Below are positions 40,087 to 50,022 of a stretch of 64,000 nucleotides of DNA, piece after piece. The stretch comes from an uncultured Prevotella sp. (GTDB lineage: Bacteria > Bacteroidota > Bacteroidia > Bacteroidales > Bacteroidaceae), in contig CAJOIW010000025.1 of the NCBI GenBank assembly GCA_905234845.1, forward strand, positions 2,374 through 66,373. The letters run 5' to 3'. Both the position numbers and the translations under genes were made by a program. Positions within the stretch are counted from its first letter, which is position 1; every line of letters begins with the position of its first letter. The notes under the pieces are model-generated. The model was not told where the DNA came from, did not search any database, and worked only from the letters and a program-made list of their open reading frames with translations.

Positions 40087-41828
40087 ATATCTTTCATACA
40101 CCTAAGTTCAAATACACAGCCCGCGCCATCATGCGGTGGCTCTGGCGGGCATGGCGCGGCAACCGTCTGCAGGCCATCATCAACGCAGGCCTCGGACTCA
40201 TCGAGGTGGGTATCTCGCTGACGCAAGTATGGGCCGTGAAACGCGCCATCGACATTGCCGCAGGAACCATAGAGGGAAACCTCTACTGGGCAGTGGGCAT
40301 CATGGGACTGCTCATCCTGGCGATGTTCGGCGTGCGCATCGCCTCCATCTGGGTGAAGAACATTCTCGGCATACGGGCACAGAACCGGATGCAGCAACAA
40401 CTGCTCGACCGCATTCTGCGCTCTGAGTGGCACGGCAAAGAGGCACGCCACTCGGGCGATGTCATCAACCGGCTAGGGCGCGACGTGGAGCATGTGGTCA
40501 CCTTCCTCACCGAGACCCTGCCCAGCACACTCTCCACACTGGCCATGTTCATCGGAGCCTTCTGCTACCTCGCCTCGATGGACTGGCGCCTCGCACTCGT
40601 CATCACCGCCATGATACCCATCTTCCTTGCCTTCAGCAAAGTCTATATGGGACGGATGCGACAGCTCACCCGAAAGGTGCGCGACAGCAACTCAAAAGTA
40701 CAGAGCCTATTGCAGGAGACAGTGCAAAACCGAATGCTCATCAAGACCCTCGAGGGTGACAGCGAGATGGTGGGCCGGCTCGAGGAGACACAGAGCGAGC
40801 TGCGGCAGAACGTGGTGCGCCGCACACAGTTCTCCGTGTTCAGTAACTTCATCCTCAACTTCGGTTTTTCCTTAGGCTACCTCGTAGCCTTCCTCTGGGC
40901 AGCCCTGCGCATGTCGGCATCGACACTCACCTTCGGTGGCATGACCGCCTTCCTGCAACTTGTCAACCGCGTGCAGGGACCGGCACGCAACCTCTCACAG
41001 CTCATCCCAGCCTTCGTCACCGTGTTTACCTCGGCTGAGCGACTCATGGAGCTTGAGGAGAATCCGCTTGAGAAACAGGGCAATCCCATACGCGTGAAAG
41101 AGCCGTGCGGACTGCGCCTCAGCAATGTCAGCTTCGCCTACCCCGACGAGCCCGAGGACAATGTCATCAACAACCTCTCGTTCGACTTCCGCCCTGGCAC
41201 CTGCACAGCTGTCGTCGGAGAGACCGGAGCAGGAAAGACCACGCTCATCCGCCTGCTCCTCGCCCTGCTGCAACCCACCAAGGGCAATATCGAAATCTAT
41301 AGCCAACAACCCAACCCCTCCCCATCCCTCCCCGAAGGAGAGGGAGTCGCGAGCAGGCGGGTTTCCGGGAGGTCAGGAGGGGTTACCCCCCTCCACCGCT
41401 GCAACTTCGTCTACGTGCCACAGGGCAACACCCTCATGAGCGGCACCATTCGCGACAACCTGAAACTCGGAAAACTGAATGCCTCTGACGAGGAGATGAT
41501 GGCAGCACTCCATGCCAGCTGTGCCGACTTCGTCGAAGAACTGCCTGGCGGACTCGACACCATCTGCGCAGAACAAGGCGGCGGACTCAGCGAAGGACAA
41601 TGTCAGCGCATCGCCATCGCACGCGCACTGCTCCGCAACCGTAACATCATGATTTTCGACGAGGCCACCTCAGCCCTCGACCCCGACACAGAGCGGCAGC
41701 TGCTCCAAAACATCCTCGCCACGCGCAAGAAGACCATCATCTTCATCACCCACCGCCTTGCCGTCCTCGACTTCTGCGACCAAACCCTCAGAATGGAAAA
41801 GGGGCAAGGTCTCAAAATAACAACTTAA
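40083..41828 (+). CDS. ABC exporter, fused permease/ATPase
   Basis: TM domain; Walker A GETGAGKT, LSEGQCQR, IFDEATSALD, ITHR; ATGA overlap with nadK. Confidence 0.93.
   Translation: MNIFHTPKFKYTARAIMRWLWRAWRGNRLQAIINAGLGLIEVGISLTQVWAVKRAIDIAAGTIEGNLYWAVGIMGLLILAMFGVRIASIWVKNILGIRAQNRMQQQLLDRILRSEWHGKEARHSGDVINRLGRDVEHVVTFLTETLPSTLSTLAMFIGAFCYLASMDWRLALVITAMIPIFLAFSKVYMGRMRQLTRKVRDSNSKVQSLLQETVQNRMLIKTLEGDSEMVGRLEETQSELRQNVVRRTQFSVFSNFILNFGFSLGYLVAFLWAALRMSASTLTFGGMTAFLQLVNRVQGPARNLSQLIPAFVTVFTSAERLMELEENPLEKQGNPIRVKEPCGLRLSNVSFAYPDEPEDNVINNLSFDFRPGTCTAVVGETGAGKTTLIRLLLALLQPTKGNIEIYSQQPNPSPSLPEGEGVASRRVSGRSGGVTPLHRCNFVYVPQGNTLMSGTIRDNLKLGKLNASDEEMMAALHASCADFVEELPGGLDTICAEQGGGLSEGQCQRIAIARALLRNRNIMIFDEATSALDPDTERQLLQNILATRKKTIIFITHRLAVLDFCDQTLRMEKGQGLKITT
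41315..41382. repeat. Palindromic CCCCTCC-type repeat inserted in frame in the ABC ATPase domain
   Basis: CCCCTCCCCATCCCTCCCCGAAGGAGAGGGAG ... TTCCGGGAGGTCAGGAGGGG; related copies at 20066-20095 and 50042-50075. Confidence 0.75.
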
Positions 41829-41829
41829 T

Positions 41830-42351
41830 ATGAAACAAATTCTATTTCTTACAACATTTTTTACCTGCTTGGCATCGGTGGCGTTGGCGCAGGATGCCGA
41901 TGAGAAGTATGCCACGGAATTATTAAAGGCGGGCACGGAGGCTCCCGACTTCACACTGAAGACGGCCGATGGGACAGAGGTGTCGCTGAGCGACTTTAGG
42001 GGGATGCTTGTGGTGCTCGACTTCTGGGCTTCATGGTGTCCCGACTGTCGCAAGGACATTCCTGAAATGAGACGACTGCACGAAAAGTATGGCGACAAGG
42101 TGGCTTTTGTGAGTGTGTCGTTCGACACGGACAAAGCGAAATGGACAAAGTGTATTGAAGACCACGAAATGGTTTGGACTCATGTTAGTCCGTTGGCAAA
42201 ATGGAAAGAGACCGAGGTTTCGAAAGCCTATCATGTGAACTGGATTCCCTCAATGTACGTCATCGATGCAGAAGGCCGCATCGTACTCGGCACGGTGATG
42301 ATAGAGAAAGTGGAAAAGAGGTTAAAGGAGTTCATAGTTCATAGTCCATAG
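41830..42351 (+). CDS. TlpA-family thiol-disulfide oxidoreductase
   Basis: Signal peptide, APDFTL, LDFWASWCPDC. Confidence 0.92.
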   Translation: MKQILFLTTFFTCLASVALAQDADEKYATELLKAGTEAPDFTLKTADGTEVSLSDFRGMLVVLDFWASWCPDCRKDIPEMRRLHEKYGDKVAFVSVSFDTDKAKWTKCIEDHEMVWTHVSPLAKWKETEVSKAYHVNWIPSMYVIDAEGRIVLGTVMIEKVEKRLKEFIVHSP

Positions 42352-42400
42352 TCTGACTGCTATGTTGGGTGATGAACTATGGACTATAAACTATGAACTA
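42329..42400. repeat. Inverted heptamer tandem repeat, same family as 24454-24560
   Basis: AGTTCATAGTTCATAGTCCATAGT ... ACTATGGACTATAAACTATGAACT. Confidence 0.85.
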
Positions 42401-42424
42401 AAAAAACGGCTTGCCGTTTTTTTT
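42400..42424. terminator. Bidirectional intrinsic terminator
   Basis: AAAAAAACGGC-TT-GCCGTTTTTTTT between convergent tlpA and tsf. Confidence 0.75.
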
Positions 42425-42436
42425 ATAGACTGATAA

Positions 42437-43435
42437 TTACTCAGCTACGAGCGTAAAGCGCTTGAAATCGACAATCTTCAGCTCCTTGTTCTGCTGGGCG
42501 AGCCACTGCGATACAGTAGCCTTGTCGCCGTCGCCGAACTGGAACTCCTGATCAACGAGGCAGTTCTCTTTCAAGAACTTCTGTACGCGACCCTTGGCGA
42601 TGTTCTCGATCATCTGAGCGGGCAGGTTGGCAGCCTTCTCGGCAGCAGCCTTCTCTTTCAGTGCGCGAGCTTCGTCGGCCTGCTCCTGAGTGAGCCAACC
42701 CTTCTTCATGTTCGACTCGATATGGTCTTCGCTGTCGACAAGGTTCGGGTTGATGCCGGCCTTCTTCAGTACGGAGTCAACGTATTTCTCAATCTGCTCG
42801 AGCTTGGTCTTCTCAACGGCGGTCTTGTACTCCTCGTCGAGAACAGCCTGCGGAACGCTCTCTGCATTGAGGGCTACGGGCTTCATGGCAGCCACCTGCA
42901 TGGCCAGCTTGTGACCTGCCTCGGGGGCATTGAGGTTGGTCTGAACCATCGTGGTAAGCGTATGCTTGCCCATGTGGTCGTAAACCTCGATGTTGTCGCC
43001 TTCAAGGGTGAGGTAGCCGTCGAGCTCCATCTTCTCACCAGTGATACCAGAGCGCTGTGTAACAGCATCCTGTACTTTCTGGCCATCGGCCAGGGTGAGT
43101 TCCTTCACTTCGTCGAGAGTCTTGCAACGAGCTGCGATGGCAGCGTCGAGGATGCTCTGAGTGAGTGCGATGAAGTCGGCACCATTGGCCACGAAGTCGG
43201 TCTCGCACTTCAGAGCGATTGTTGCGGCAAATCCTTCAACAGCCTTTACGAGTACGCAACCATTTGATGTCTCGCGGTCGCTGCGCTTGGCGGCGATGGC
43301 CAGACCACGCTCACGGAGCAGTTCCTTTGCTTTGTCAAAGTCACCATCAGCTTCAGTGAGTGCTTTCTTCACATCGGCCAGACCAGCACCGGTCATTGCG
43401 CGAAGTTTCTTGATATCGTCTATTGTAATAGCCAT
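42437..43435 (-). CDS. tsf: Elongation factor Ts
   Basis: IKKLRAMTGAG, CETDFVA, MQVAAMKP; downstream of rpsB. Confidence 0.97.
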   Translation of the reverse strand: MAITIDDIKKLRAMTGAGLADVKKALTEADGDFDKAKELLRERGLAIAAKRSDRETSNGCVLVKAVEGFAATIALKCETDFVANGADFIALTQSILDAAIAARCKTLDEVKELTLADGQKVQDAVTQRSGITGEKMELDGYLTLEGDNIEVYDHMGKHTLTTMVQTNLNAPEAGHKLAMQVAAMKPVALNAESVPQAVLDEEYKTAVEKTKLEQIEKYVDSVLKKAGINPNLVDSEDHIESNMKKGWLTQEQADEARALKEKAAAEKAANLPAQMIENIAKGRVQKFLKENCLVDQEFQFGDGDKATVSQWLAQQNKELKIVDFKRFTLVAE

Positions 43436-43476
43436 AATACTTTTAAAAATCTTTGTTGGTTATTGATAATTGATAC

Positions 43477-44412
43477 TTATTCAGCTGCGGGAGTCTCTTC
43501 TTCCTTAGCCTCTTCTACGGGAGCTTCCTCTGCTTTGGGCTCTTCAGCAACTTCTTCAGCAACGGGCTCTTCGGCTACGGGAGCTTCCTCTGCCTTAGCC
43601 TCTTCTACGACAGGAGCCTCTTCAGCCTTAGGAGCTTCCTTGCGAGCCTTGCGGGTACGCTTGGGCTTTGCGTCGGCCACTTCTTCAGCCTGCTCGGCTG
43701 CGGCTTTCTCATCGGCACGCTCGGCTGCACGCTCTGCAAGTCCTTCAGCGATAGCCTCACAGCAAGCGGTGAGCACTACGTCGATAGAGTCTTTGGCATC
43801 GTCGTTAGCGGGAATCACGAAGTCGATGTTCTTCGGGTCGGAGTTGGTATCAACCATGGCAAACACGGGGATACCCAGACGGTTAGCCTCGCGGATGGCA
43901 ATGTTCTCCTTGATGACATCAATCACGAAGAGTGCGCTGGGCAGACGGGTCAGGTCGGCGATAGAACCGAGGTTCTTCTCGAGCTTTGCACGCTGACGGG
44001 TGATTTGCAGCAGCTCACGCTTTGAAAGGTTGGCAAAGGTACCGTCGGACATGAGTTTGTCGATGTTCGTCATTTTCTTCACAGCCTTGCGGATGGTTGG
44101 GAAGTTGGTGAGCATACCGCCCGGCCAACGCTCTGTCACGTAAGGCATGTTAACGCTCGTTGCCTTCTCGGCTACGATTTCCTTAGCTTGTTTTTTAGTA
44201 GCGACGAACAGGATTCTCTTACCTGTCTTGGCAATCTGCTTGAGTGCGGCTGCAGCCTCGTCAATCTTGGCTACGGTTTTGTGCAAATCGATGATGTGAA
44301 TACCATTGCGCTCCATGAAGATGTAGGGAGCCATTGCGGGATTCCACTTGCGCTTGAGGTGACCGAAGTGGCAACCTGCTTGCAATAATTGGTCAAAATT
44401 TGTTCTTGACAT
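43477..44412 (-). CDS. rpsB: 30S ribosomal protein S2, with acidic EEAPV-repeat tail
   Basis: AGCHFGH..RKWNP.M, RWPGGMLTNF, VDTNSDP, IPANDDA. Confidence 0.98.
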   Translation of the reverse strand: MSRTNFDQLLQAGCHFGHLKRKWNPAMAPYIFMERNGIHIIDLHKTVAKIDEAAAALKQIAKTGKRILFVATKKQAKEIVAEKATSVNMPYVTERWPGGMLTNFPTIRKAVKKMTNIDKLMSDGTFANLSKRELLQITRQRAKLEKNLGSIADLTRLPSALFVIDVIKENIAIREANRLGIPVFAMVDTNSDPKNIDFVIPANDDAKDSIDVVLTACCEAIAEGLAERAAERADEKAAAEQAEEVADAKPKRTRKARKEAPKAEEAPVVEEAKAEEAPVAEEPVAEEVAEEPKAEEAPVEEAKEEETPAAE

Positions 44413-44649
44413 TGTTTTTACTTTTTTAAATTGTTGTTTACTTTCCTTTTAATCTTGTTAGATCAGCCGATGGGTAATTGGTATTTACAATTTGACAATT
44501 TACGATTACAATTAATTTGTCAATTTTTGCTGTTTACCAAGTCTCACCGGTTTAGATACTAAACTGTTCAGTTTATTCAACCACAATTATCCAATTTTAC
44601 AATTCCCCGATAATTAGTCAAATTGTAAATTGTCAAATTGTAAATCAAA

Positions 44650-45036
44650 TTAACGCTTACTGAACTGGAAGCGACGGCGTGCCTTGGGCTGACCTGGTTT
44701 CTTGCGCTCTACGACGCGTGCGTCACGAGTGAGGAATCCTTGCGACTTCAGGGCTTTCTTGTCTTCAGCATTAACCTTGACGAGTGCGCGGGCGATGGCC
44801 ATGCGGAGAGCCTGGCTTTGTCCGGTGAAGCCTCCGCCAAAGATGTTGGCCTTGATGTCGTATTTCTCAACTACGTCAAGCTGTGTGAGTGGCTGTTTTA
44901 CCACAAACTGCAGAATGGCAGAGGGGAAATACTCTGTGAGGTCTTTCTTGTTGATGATGATCTTGCCGGTACCTTCTGTGAGGTAAACGCGAGCTACTGA
45001 GCTCTTGCGACGGCCGATTGCATTTATTTGTTCCAT
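44650..45036 (-). CDS. rpsI: 30S ribosomal protein S9
   Basis: GRRKSSVARV, GGGFTGQ, ERKKPG..KARRRFQFSKR. Confidence 0.98.
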   Translation of the reverse strand: MEQINAIGRRKSSVARVYLTEGTGKIIINKKDLTEYFPSAILQFVVKQPLTQLDVVEKYDIKANIFGGGFTGQSQALRMAIARALVKVNAEDKKALKSQGFLTRDARVVERKKPGQPKARRRFQFSKR

Positions 45037-45045
45037 CGTTATTTC

Positions 45046-45507
45046 TTATTTATACTGGTTAATATCAATTGCTTTTGGCTTCTGTGCCTCGTGGGGATGC
45101 TCTGCGCCCTCATAAACATAAAGATTATCCAAGAGATGCCGACCGAGACGGCCTTTAGGGAGCATACCTTTCACGGCGTGGCGGATGATGCGCTCGGTGC
45201 CGTATTTGGTCTTACGGAGCTCTGCGGGAGTGCTGAAGCGCTGACCGCCGGGATAACCAGTATAACGCGTATATTGCTTATCGGTTTCTTTCTTGCCGGT
45301 GAAAATCACTTTCTCGGCATTGACGATGATAACGTTGTCTCCACAGTCCACGTGGGGCGTGAAGTTGGGTTTGTACTTTCCGCGGATGAGCTTGGCTACT
45401 TTTGAACAAAGACGACCAACAACCTGGTCAGTGGCGTCGACAACGACCCATTCTTTGTTCACCGTTTCACGATTGGCGGAAATGGTCTTGTAACTTAAAG
45501 TGTTCAT
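45046..45507 (-). CDS. rplM: 50S ribosomal protein L13
   Basis: WVVVDA, GKYKPNFTPHVDCGD, GMLPK, HPHEAQKP. Confidence 0.98.
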   Translation of the reverse strand: MNTLSYKTISANRETVNKEWVVVDATDQVVGRLCSKVAKLIRGKYKPNFTPHVDCGDNVIIVNAEKVIFTGKKETDKQYTRYTGYPGGQRFSTPAELRKTKYGTERIIRHAVKGMLPKGRLGRHLLDNLYVYEGAEHPHEAQKPKAIDINQYK

Positions 45508-45519
45508 TTTACGTTAAAA

Positions 45520-45718
45520 ATTTTACTACTAAAAAACATTTTCCTTTTTATCTCTTCCCCAGCAGTACACACAAAAGAACAAGCAAGCGAGCTTGCTGCT
45601 CTCGCCTACAGTCTGCGAAGGGTTGTACGGTCGATTCACTAACCACGGTGCCCGGCCAAAAGCAACGCTATTAACACTACCGCACAGGGGACTCTAAGGG
45701 CATCCCCTAATAATAATC
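45520..45718 (-). promoter_or_regulatory. Long structured 5' leader of rplM (probable ribosomal-protein autoregulatory leader)
   Basis: About 210 nt between TACCTTTG (45725-45732, -) and the ATG; GC-richer than flanks, with several hairpins; no model run. Confidence 0.55.
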
Positions 45719-45812
45719 GGACTGCAAAGGTACTACTTTTTCTCCTTTACAGTCCGATTTGCAATTAGCAAAACCCTGTTTGTTAATATTTTTTAACTCG
45801 GTTTATGTTTTT

Positions 45813-46436
45813 TTATTCCGAAAGTGGGAAGAGTCCATAGAGTTTTGCGTCAATCATGTCGGTGATTTTCTGGAAGTCATGCGGATCGCTCTCAAACTTC
45901 GTGGTGTCACCATCGACAATAATGAGGTTACCTTTGTAGCCAGCTATCCACTCCTCGTAACGGTCGTTAAGACCCTGCAGGTAGTCGATGCGTATGGACT
46001 GCTCGTATTCGCGTCCACGCTTGGCTATCTGTGCAATGAGGTTGGGTATGGTGGAGCGGATATAAATCATGAGCTCGGGCAGTTTGACAAGCGACATCAT
46101 TAGGTCGAAGAGATCGGAGTAGTTGTCAAAGTCGCGGTCGCTCATCAGTCCCTGACCATGCAGGTTCGGTGCGAAGATGCGTGCATCCTCGAAAATGGTG
46201 CGGTCCTGTATGATGGTGTCTTTGCACTTTGATATTTCCACCACTTCCTTGAAACGCTTGTTAAGGAAATAGACTTGTAGGTTGAACGACCAGCGTTTCA
46301 TGTCGGCGTAGAAGTCGGACAGGTAGGGATTGTTGTCCACTGGCTCGAAGCGTGGGGTCCAGCCATATCGTTTGGCGAGCATTTTGGTGAGCGTTGTCTT
46401 TCCGCTTCCGATGTTTCCGGCTATTGCGATGTGCAT
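45813..46436 (-). CDS. Deoxynucleoside kinase
   Basis: IAGNIGSGKTT, NPYL.DFY, QDRTIFED, RGREYE. Confidence 0.94.
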   Translation of the reverse strand: MHIAIAGNIGSGKTTLTKMLAKRYGWTPRFEPVDNNPYLSDFYADMKRWSFNLQVYFLNKRFKEVVEISKCKDTIIQDRTIFEDARIFAPNLHGQGLMSDRDFDNYSDLFDLMMSLVKLPELMIYIRSTIPNLIAQIAKRGREYEQSIRIDYLQGLNDRYEEWIAGYKGNLIIVDGDTTKFESDPHDFQKITDMIDAKLYGLFPLSE

Positions 46437-46470
46437 GATTGAAGAGTTGAAAGGTTAATAGGTTGAATTG

Positions 46471-47088
46471 TTATGAGAAGAGTCCGAAGAGCTGTGCGTC
46501 TATCTTGTCGATAATCGTGGCGAAATCGCGGGGGTTGTACTGGAAGTCAAGCTTATCGACATCAATGACGAGCAATCGGCCTTTGTATTTGTTGAAGATG
46601 AAATCCTCGTAGCGTTCATTGAGGTTGGTGAGGTATTCGAGCGGTATGCTCTGCTCATAGCTGCGCCCGCGCTTTTGGATATTCTCCACGAGGTGGGGCA
46701 CGCTGGCGCGGAGGTAAATCATGAGGTCGGGCTCTTTTACGATGGTGGTCATCTGCTCGAAGAGTTCCATGTAGGTGTCGAAGTCACGGTCGGAGAGGTG
46801 GCCCATGGCCTTGTTGTTGGCGGTGAAGACATAGACACCCTCGTAGATGGTGCGGTCTTGTATGACGGTTTCTTTCGACTTGGCAATGTCGAGCAGGTCC
46901 TTGAAACGTTGCTTGAGAAAATAGACTTCAAGGTTGAAAGTCCAACGCTTAATGTCCTTATAGTAGTCTTCAAGATAGGGATTGAATTCTACGGCCTCGA
47001 AGCGCGGCGTCCACCCGTAGTGCTTGGCCAACATGTTGGTCAAGGTGGTTTTGCCGCTTCCCATGTTTCCTGCTATTCCTATATGCAC
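46471..47088 (-). CDS. Deoxynucleoside kinase (tandem paralog, GTG start)
   Basis: VHIGIAGNMGSGKTT, QDRTIYE, RGRSYE; promoter TAACTTTG at 47133-47140 (-). Confidence 0.93.
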   Translation of the reverse strand: MHIGIAGNMGSGKTTLTNMLAKHYGWTPRFEAVEFNPYLEDYYKDIKRWTFNLEVYFLKQRFKDLLDIAKSKETVIQDRTIYEGVYVFTANNKAMGHLSDRDFDTYMELFEQMTTIVKEPDLMIYLRASVPHLVENIQKRGRSYEQSIPLEYLTNLNERYEDFIFNKYKGRLLVIDVDKLDFQYNPRDFATIIDKIDAQLFGLFS

Positions 47089-47248
47089 GACTTCTTGACA
47101 GATGTTAAGGTTGAAATGTTCAAAAGTGTAGGCAAAGTTACGAAATGTTTTGCGTTTTCGCAAGGTTTTTACATTAAAATTCGTAAATTGTTTTGTTTTC
47201 TACGAAAGAAAGCGTATTTTTGCACGACTTTTCAAGCGACGTTTTTTC

Positions 47249-48688
47249 ATGGAGTCACTGAAAGAAAAGACAGCCCGGGGGTTGTTCTGGGGTGGCATGA
47301 ACAATGTGGTGATGCAGGCCATCGGCTTGGTGTTCGGCATCTTACTTGGGCGACTGCTCTCGCCCGAGGATTTTGGCATGGTGGCTATGATCACCATCTT
47401 CACGCTTGTGGCCACGGCATTGCAGAACAGCGGATTCATCACGGCCATTGCCAATCTGAAAGAGCCGACAGCCCGCGACTACAATTCTGTTTTCTGGTTC
47501 AACATCATCGTAGGTAGCGGCCTCTACGTGCTGTTGTTTTTCGCGGCTCCGCTCATTGCCCGCTACTATCACACGCCCGACCTCGTCTCTCTGTCGCGCT
47601 ATGCCTTCCTGAGTATCATCTTTGCCAGTCTCTGCACAGCACAGTCGGCCTATCTGTTCAAGAACATGATGGTGAAACAGCGTGCCAAGTCGAACATTGC
47701 CGCCGTGGTGGTCTCCAACATCGTGGGGGTGGTGATGGCGTGGCGCGGCATGGCCTACTGGTCTATTGCCACTCAGCCCATTGTCTTCAACATTGTCACC
47801 GCTCTATTCTACTGGCACTACTCGCCCTGGCGGCCCACATGGAACATCGACTTCGGTCCCGTGCGCCGTATGTTCCGTTTTAGCTGCAAGATGCTGGCCA
47901 CCATGATTCTGACCCATGTGAACAACAACATCCTGAACATACTCCTTGGCCGCTACTACACAGCTCACGACACGGGCAACTACAATCAGGCCCACCAGTG
48001 GAACACGAAGTGCACGTCGGTCGTACAGGGCATGGTCGACGCGGTGGCACAGCCCGTCATGGTCGACCTGCGTGGCGACTCCACTCGCCAACTCGAGGCG
48101 CTGCGCAAGCTGGTACGTTTCACGGCGTTCCTCTCGTTTCCTCTCCTGCTGGGCTTCGGCCTCGTGGCCAAAGAGTTCATCGTGCTGGCCGTCACCGAGA
48201 AATGGCTCTTCAGCGCCGGCCTCATCCAGATTCTTTGTCTGGCCGGAGCCGTGCTGCCACTGTGCTCGCTACTGTCGAACCTCATCGTTAGCCACGGACT
48301 CTCCGGACTCTACCTGCGCTGCACGCTCGGCCTGAGCCTGTTGCAGATACTCACCATGGTACTTATCTGGCCATATGGCATCCGCACAATGGTCTGCATC
48401 TATACCTTTATAAATATAATGTGGCTTCTCGTATGGCATTTCTTCGTGCGCCGGCTCATCGGCTACCGCCTGCGCCACTTCCTGCTCGACGTGCTGCCCT
48501 TTGCCCTGACCGCCCTTGCCGTGATGACTGCCGTGCATTTCCTCACCCAGTCCATCGTCAACCTCTGGCTGCTGCTCACCGTACGCATCGTCTTGGCCGC
48601 CACACTTTACTATGCCGTCATGCGCCTTTCCGGCGCACAGATTCTACGCGAGAGCATGGCCTTCCTGAAAGGAAAAATTTTAAGTTAA
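47249..48688 (+). CDS. Wzx-type polysaccharide flippase
   Basis: SLKEKTARGLFWG, LGRLLSPEDFG, many TM helices. Confidence 0.9.
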   Translation: MESLKEKTARGLFWGGMNNVVMQAIGLVFGILLGRLLSPEDFGMVAMITIFTLVATALQNSGFITAIANLKEPTARDYNSVFWFNIIVGSGLYVLLFFAAPLIARYYHTPDLVSLSRYAFLSIIFASLCTAQSAYLFKNMMVKQRAKSNIAAVVVSNIVGVVMAWRGMAYWSIATQPIVFNIVTALFYWHYSPWRPTWNIDFGPVRRMFRFSCKMLATMILTHVNNNILNILLGRYYTAHDTGNYNQAHQWNTKCTSVVQGMVDAVAQPVMVDLRGDSTRQLEALRKLVRFTAFLSFPLLLGFGLVAKEFIVLAVTEKWLFSAGLIQILCLAGAVLPLCSLLSNLIVSHGLSGLYLRCTLGLSLLQILTMVLIWPYGIRTMVCIYTFINIMWLLVWHFFVRRLIGYRLRHFLLDVLPFALTALAVMTAVHFLTQSIVNLWLLLTVRIVLAATLYYAVMRLSGAQILRESMAFLKGKILS

Positions 48689-48795
48689 ATTTTAACATTC
48701 CCGACTGTCACTTTTTCACAAACTACGCGCGTGAGACATATATCTTTCGCAAGACGAGGGAACTTTTCACTTCCCTCTTTTCACTTCTCACGTCT

Positions 48796-48899
48796 GAGAC
48801 ATATACCTTTCACCTTGTAAAAGGCCGTCTTTCACACTCCGAAAGACGGTCTTTCGCAACCCGAAAGCTTAGCGTTCGCAAACGAAACATATACGTTTC
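48796..48899. repeat. 22-bp-phased palindrome array (5 units; stray unit at 48733-48748)
   Basis: Unit ends at 48811, 48833, 48855, 48877, 48899. Confidence 0.88.
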
Positions 48900-49197
48900 G
48901 CCACAGGGTTTATAAGCCTTACAGGTGTAACGAGAATTATAACTCTCATTTCCAGCGAGTTAGAAAAAACCTCTCATTTTCGCATAATTCCCTGCGACCG
49001 AGAACTTTTTCTCAAAATAACGCAAAAACAAGCCCACCTTCAAAACCCGAATGTTCATTTCCGACACTTCATCCCCAGCAAATGTTAAAATGCCACCAAA
49101 CAAATTTTCTTCCCGCTTTTTTGCATTTTTTCGCCAAACAACACACGGAGTTACGAAAAAAACTGTATATTTGCACGCTATAAGAAGAGAAACACTG

Positions 49198-50022
49198 ATG
49201 GCGAAAAATCCGAAACTCGAACAATTCAAGCAACAGCAGCTGCGGGCTTGCCAGCTGAAACAGCTGAGCATTCTCGAAGAAATCGACCGCATCTGCCGCA
49301 AGCATCGTATAGAATACTGGCTCGACGGCGGCACGTTGCTCGGTGCCGTGCGCCACGGGGGATTCATCCCCTGGGACGACGATATCGACATTGCCATGAC
49401 CCTCTACGACCTGCGTAGATTTAAGGAGGTGGCACGCAAAGAACTGCCCGAGGGACTCGTCTTGCAGACTCCCGAGGATGGTCCCACGAAAGAGCCCATC
49501 ACAAAGGTGCGCGACCTCAACTCGTTTTTCGTGGAGCCGGGCGACGATTTCTCCGCCGACTACGAGAAGGGCATCTTCGTCGACATCTTCCCGTTCATCC
49601 CCTACCCCAATGTGTCGCGTAAGTTTGCCAAACGCTTCGGACTGATGCTCTCTAAGAGCTATTCCATCCTCCACAAGCCCCATCGCTACTCGTGGCGGGC
49701 CACGGCGGAACTGTTCTGGTTCGGAGCAAAATATTGCATCGCGCGTATCGCGTGGGCCATCGCCTTCGCCGTGAAGAAGAAAGGAACGTACTACTCCAAC
49801 ATCCTCACCAACAACGGCTATGGTATCATGCACAAGAAAGAGTGGCTGTTCCCTCTCTCCACCATCGAGTTTGAGGGAAAGAAATTCTCGGCACCCTACT
49901 ATCCGCAGGGCTATCTCGAAGAACTCTTTAAAGACTACATGCAGATTCCACCCGAGGACAAACGGAAGATTCATGCCGTGTTCATATGCGCCTCGCTAAT
50001 GAAGGATGAAAATGAAGAATGA
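49198..50022 (+). CDS. LicD family phosphotransferase
   Basis: YWLDGGTLLGAVRHGGFIPWDDDIDI, VDIFP. Confidence 0.93.
   Translation: MAKNPKLEQFKQQQLRACQLKQLSILEEIDRICRKHRIEYWLDGGTLLGAVRHGGFIPWDDDIDIAMTLYDLRRFKEVARKELPEGLVLQTPEDGPTKEPITKVRDLNSFFVEPGDDFSADYEKGIFVDIFPFIPYPNVSRKFAKRFGLMLSKSYSILHKPHRYSWRATAELFWFGAKYCIARIAWAIAFAVKKKGTYYSNILTNNGYGIMHKKEWLFPLSTIEFEGKKFSAPYYPQGYLEELFKDYMQIPPEDKRKIHAVFICASLMKDENEE

Noticed and set aside
43490-43640. EEAPV repeats in the RpsB tail
   Set aside because: Low-complexity acidic S2 tails are common in Bacteroidetes
49069-49974. Long antisense ORFs over licD, recG (36389..37342), GH32 (51109..52071) and the transporter (52828..53739)
   Set aside because: Antisense shadows of well-supported genes
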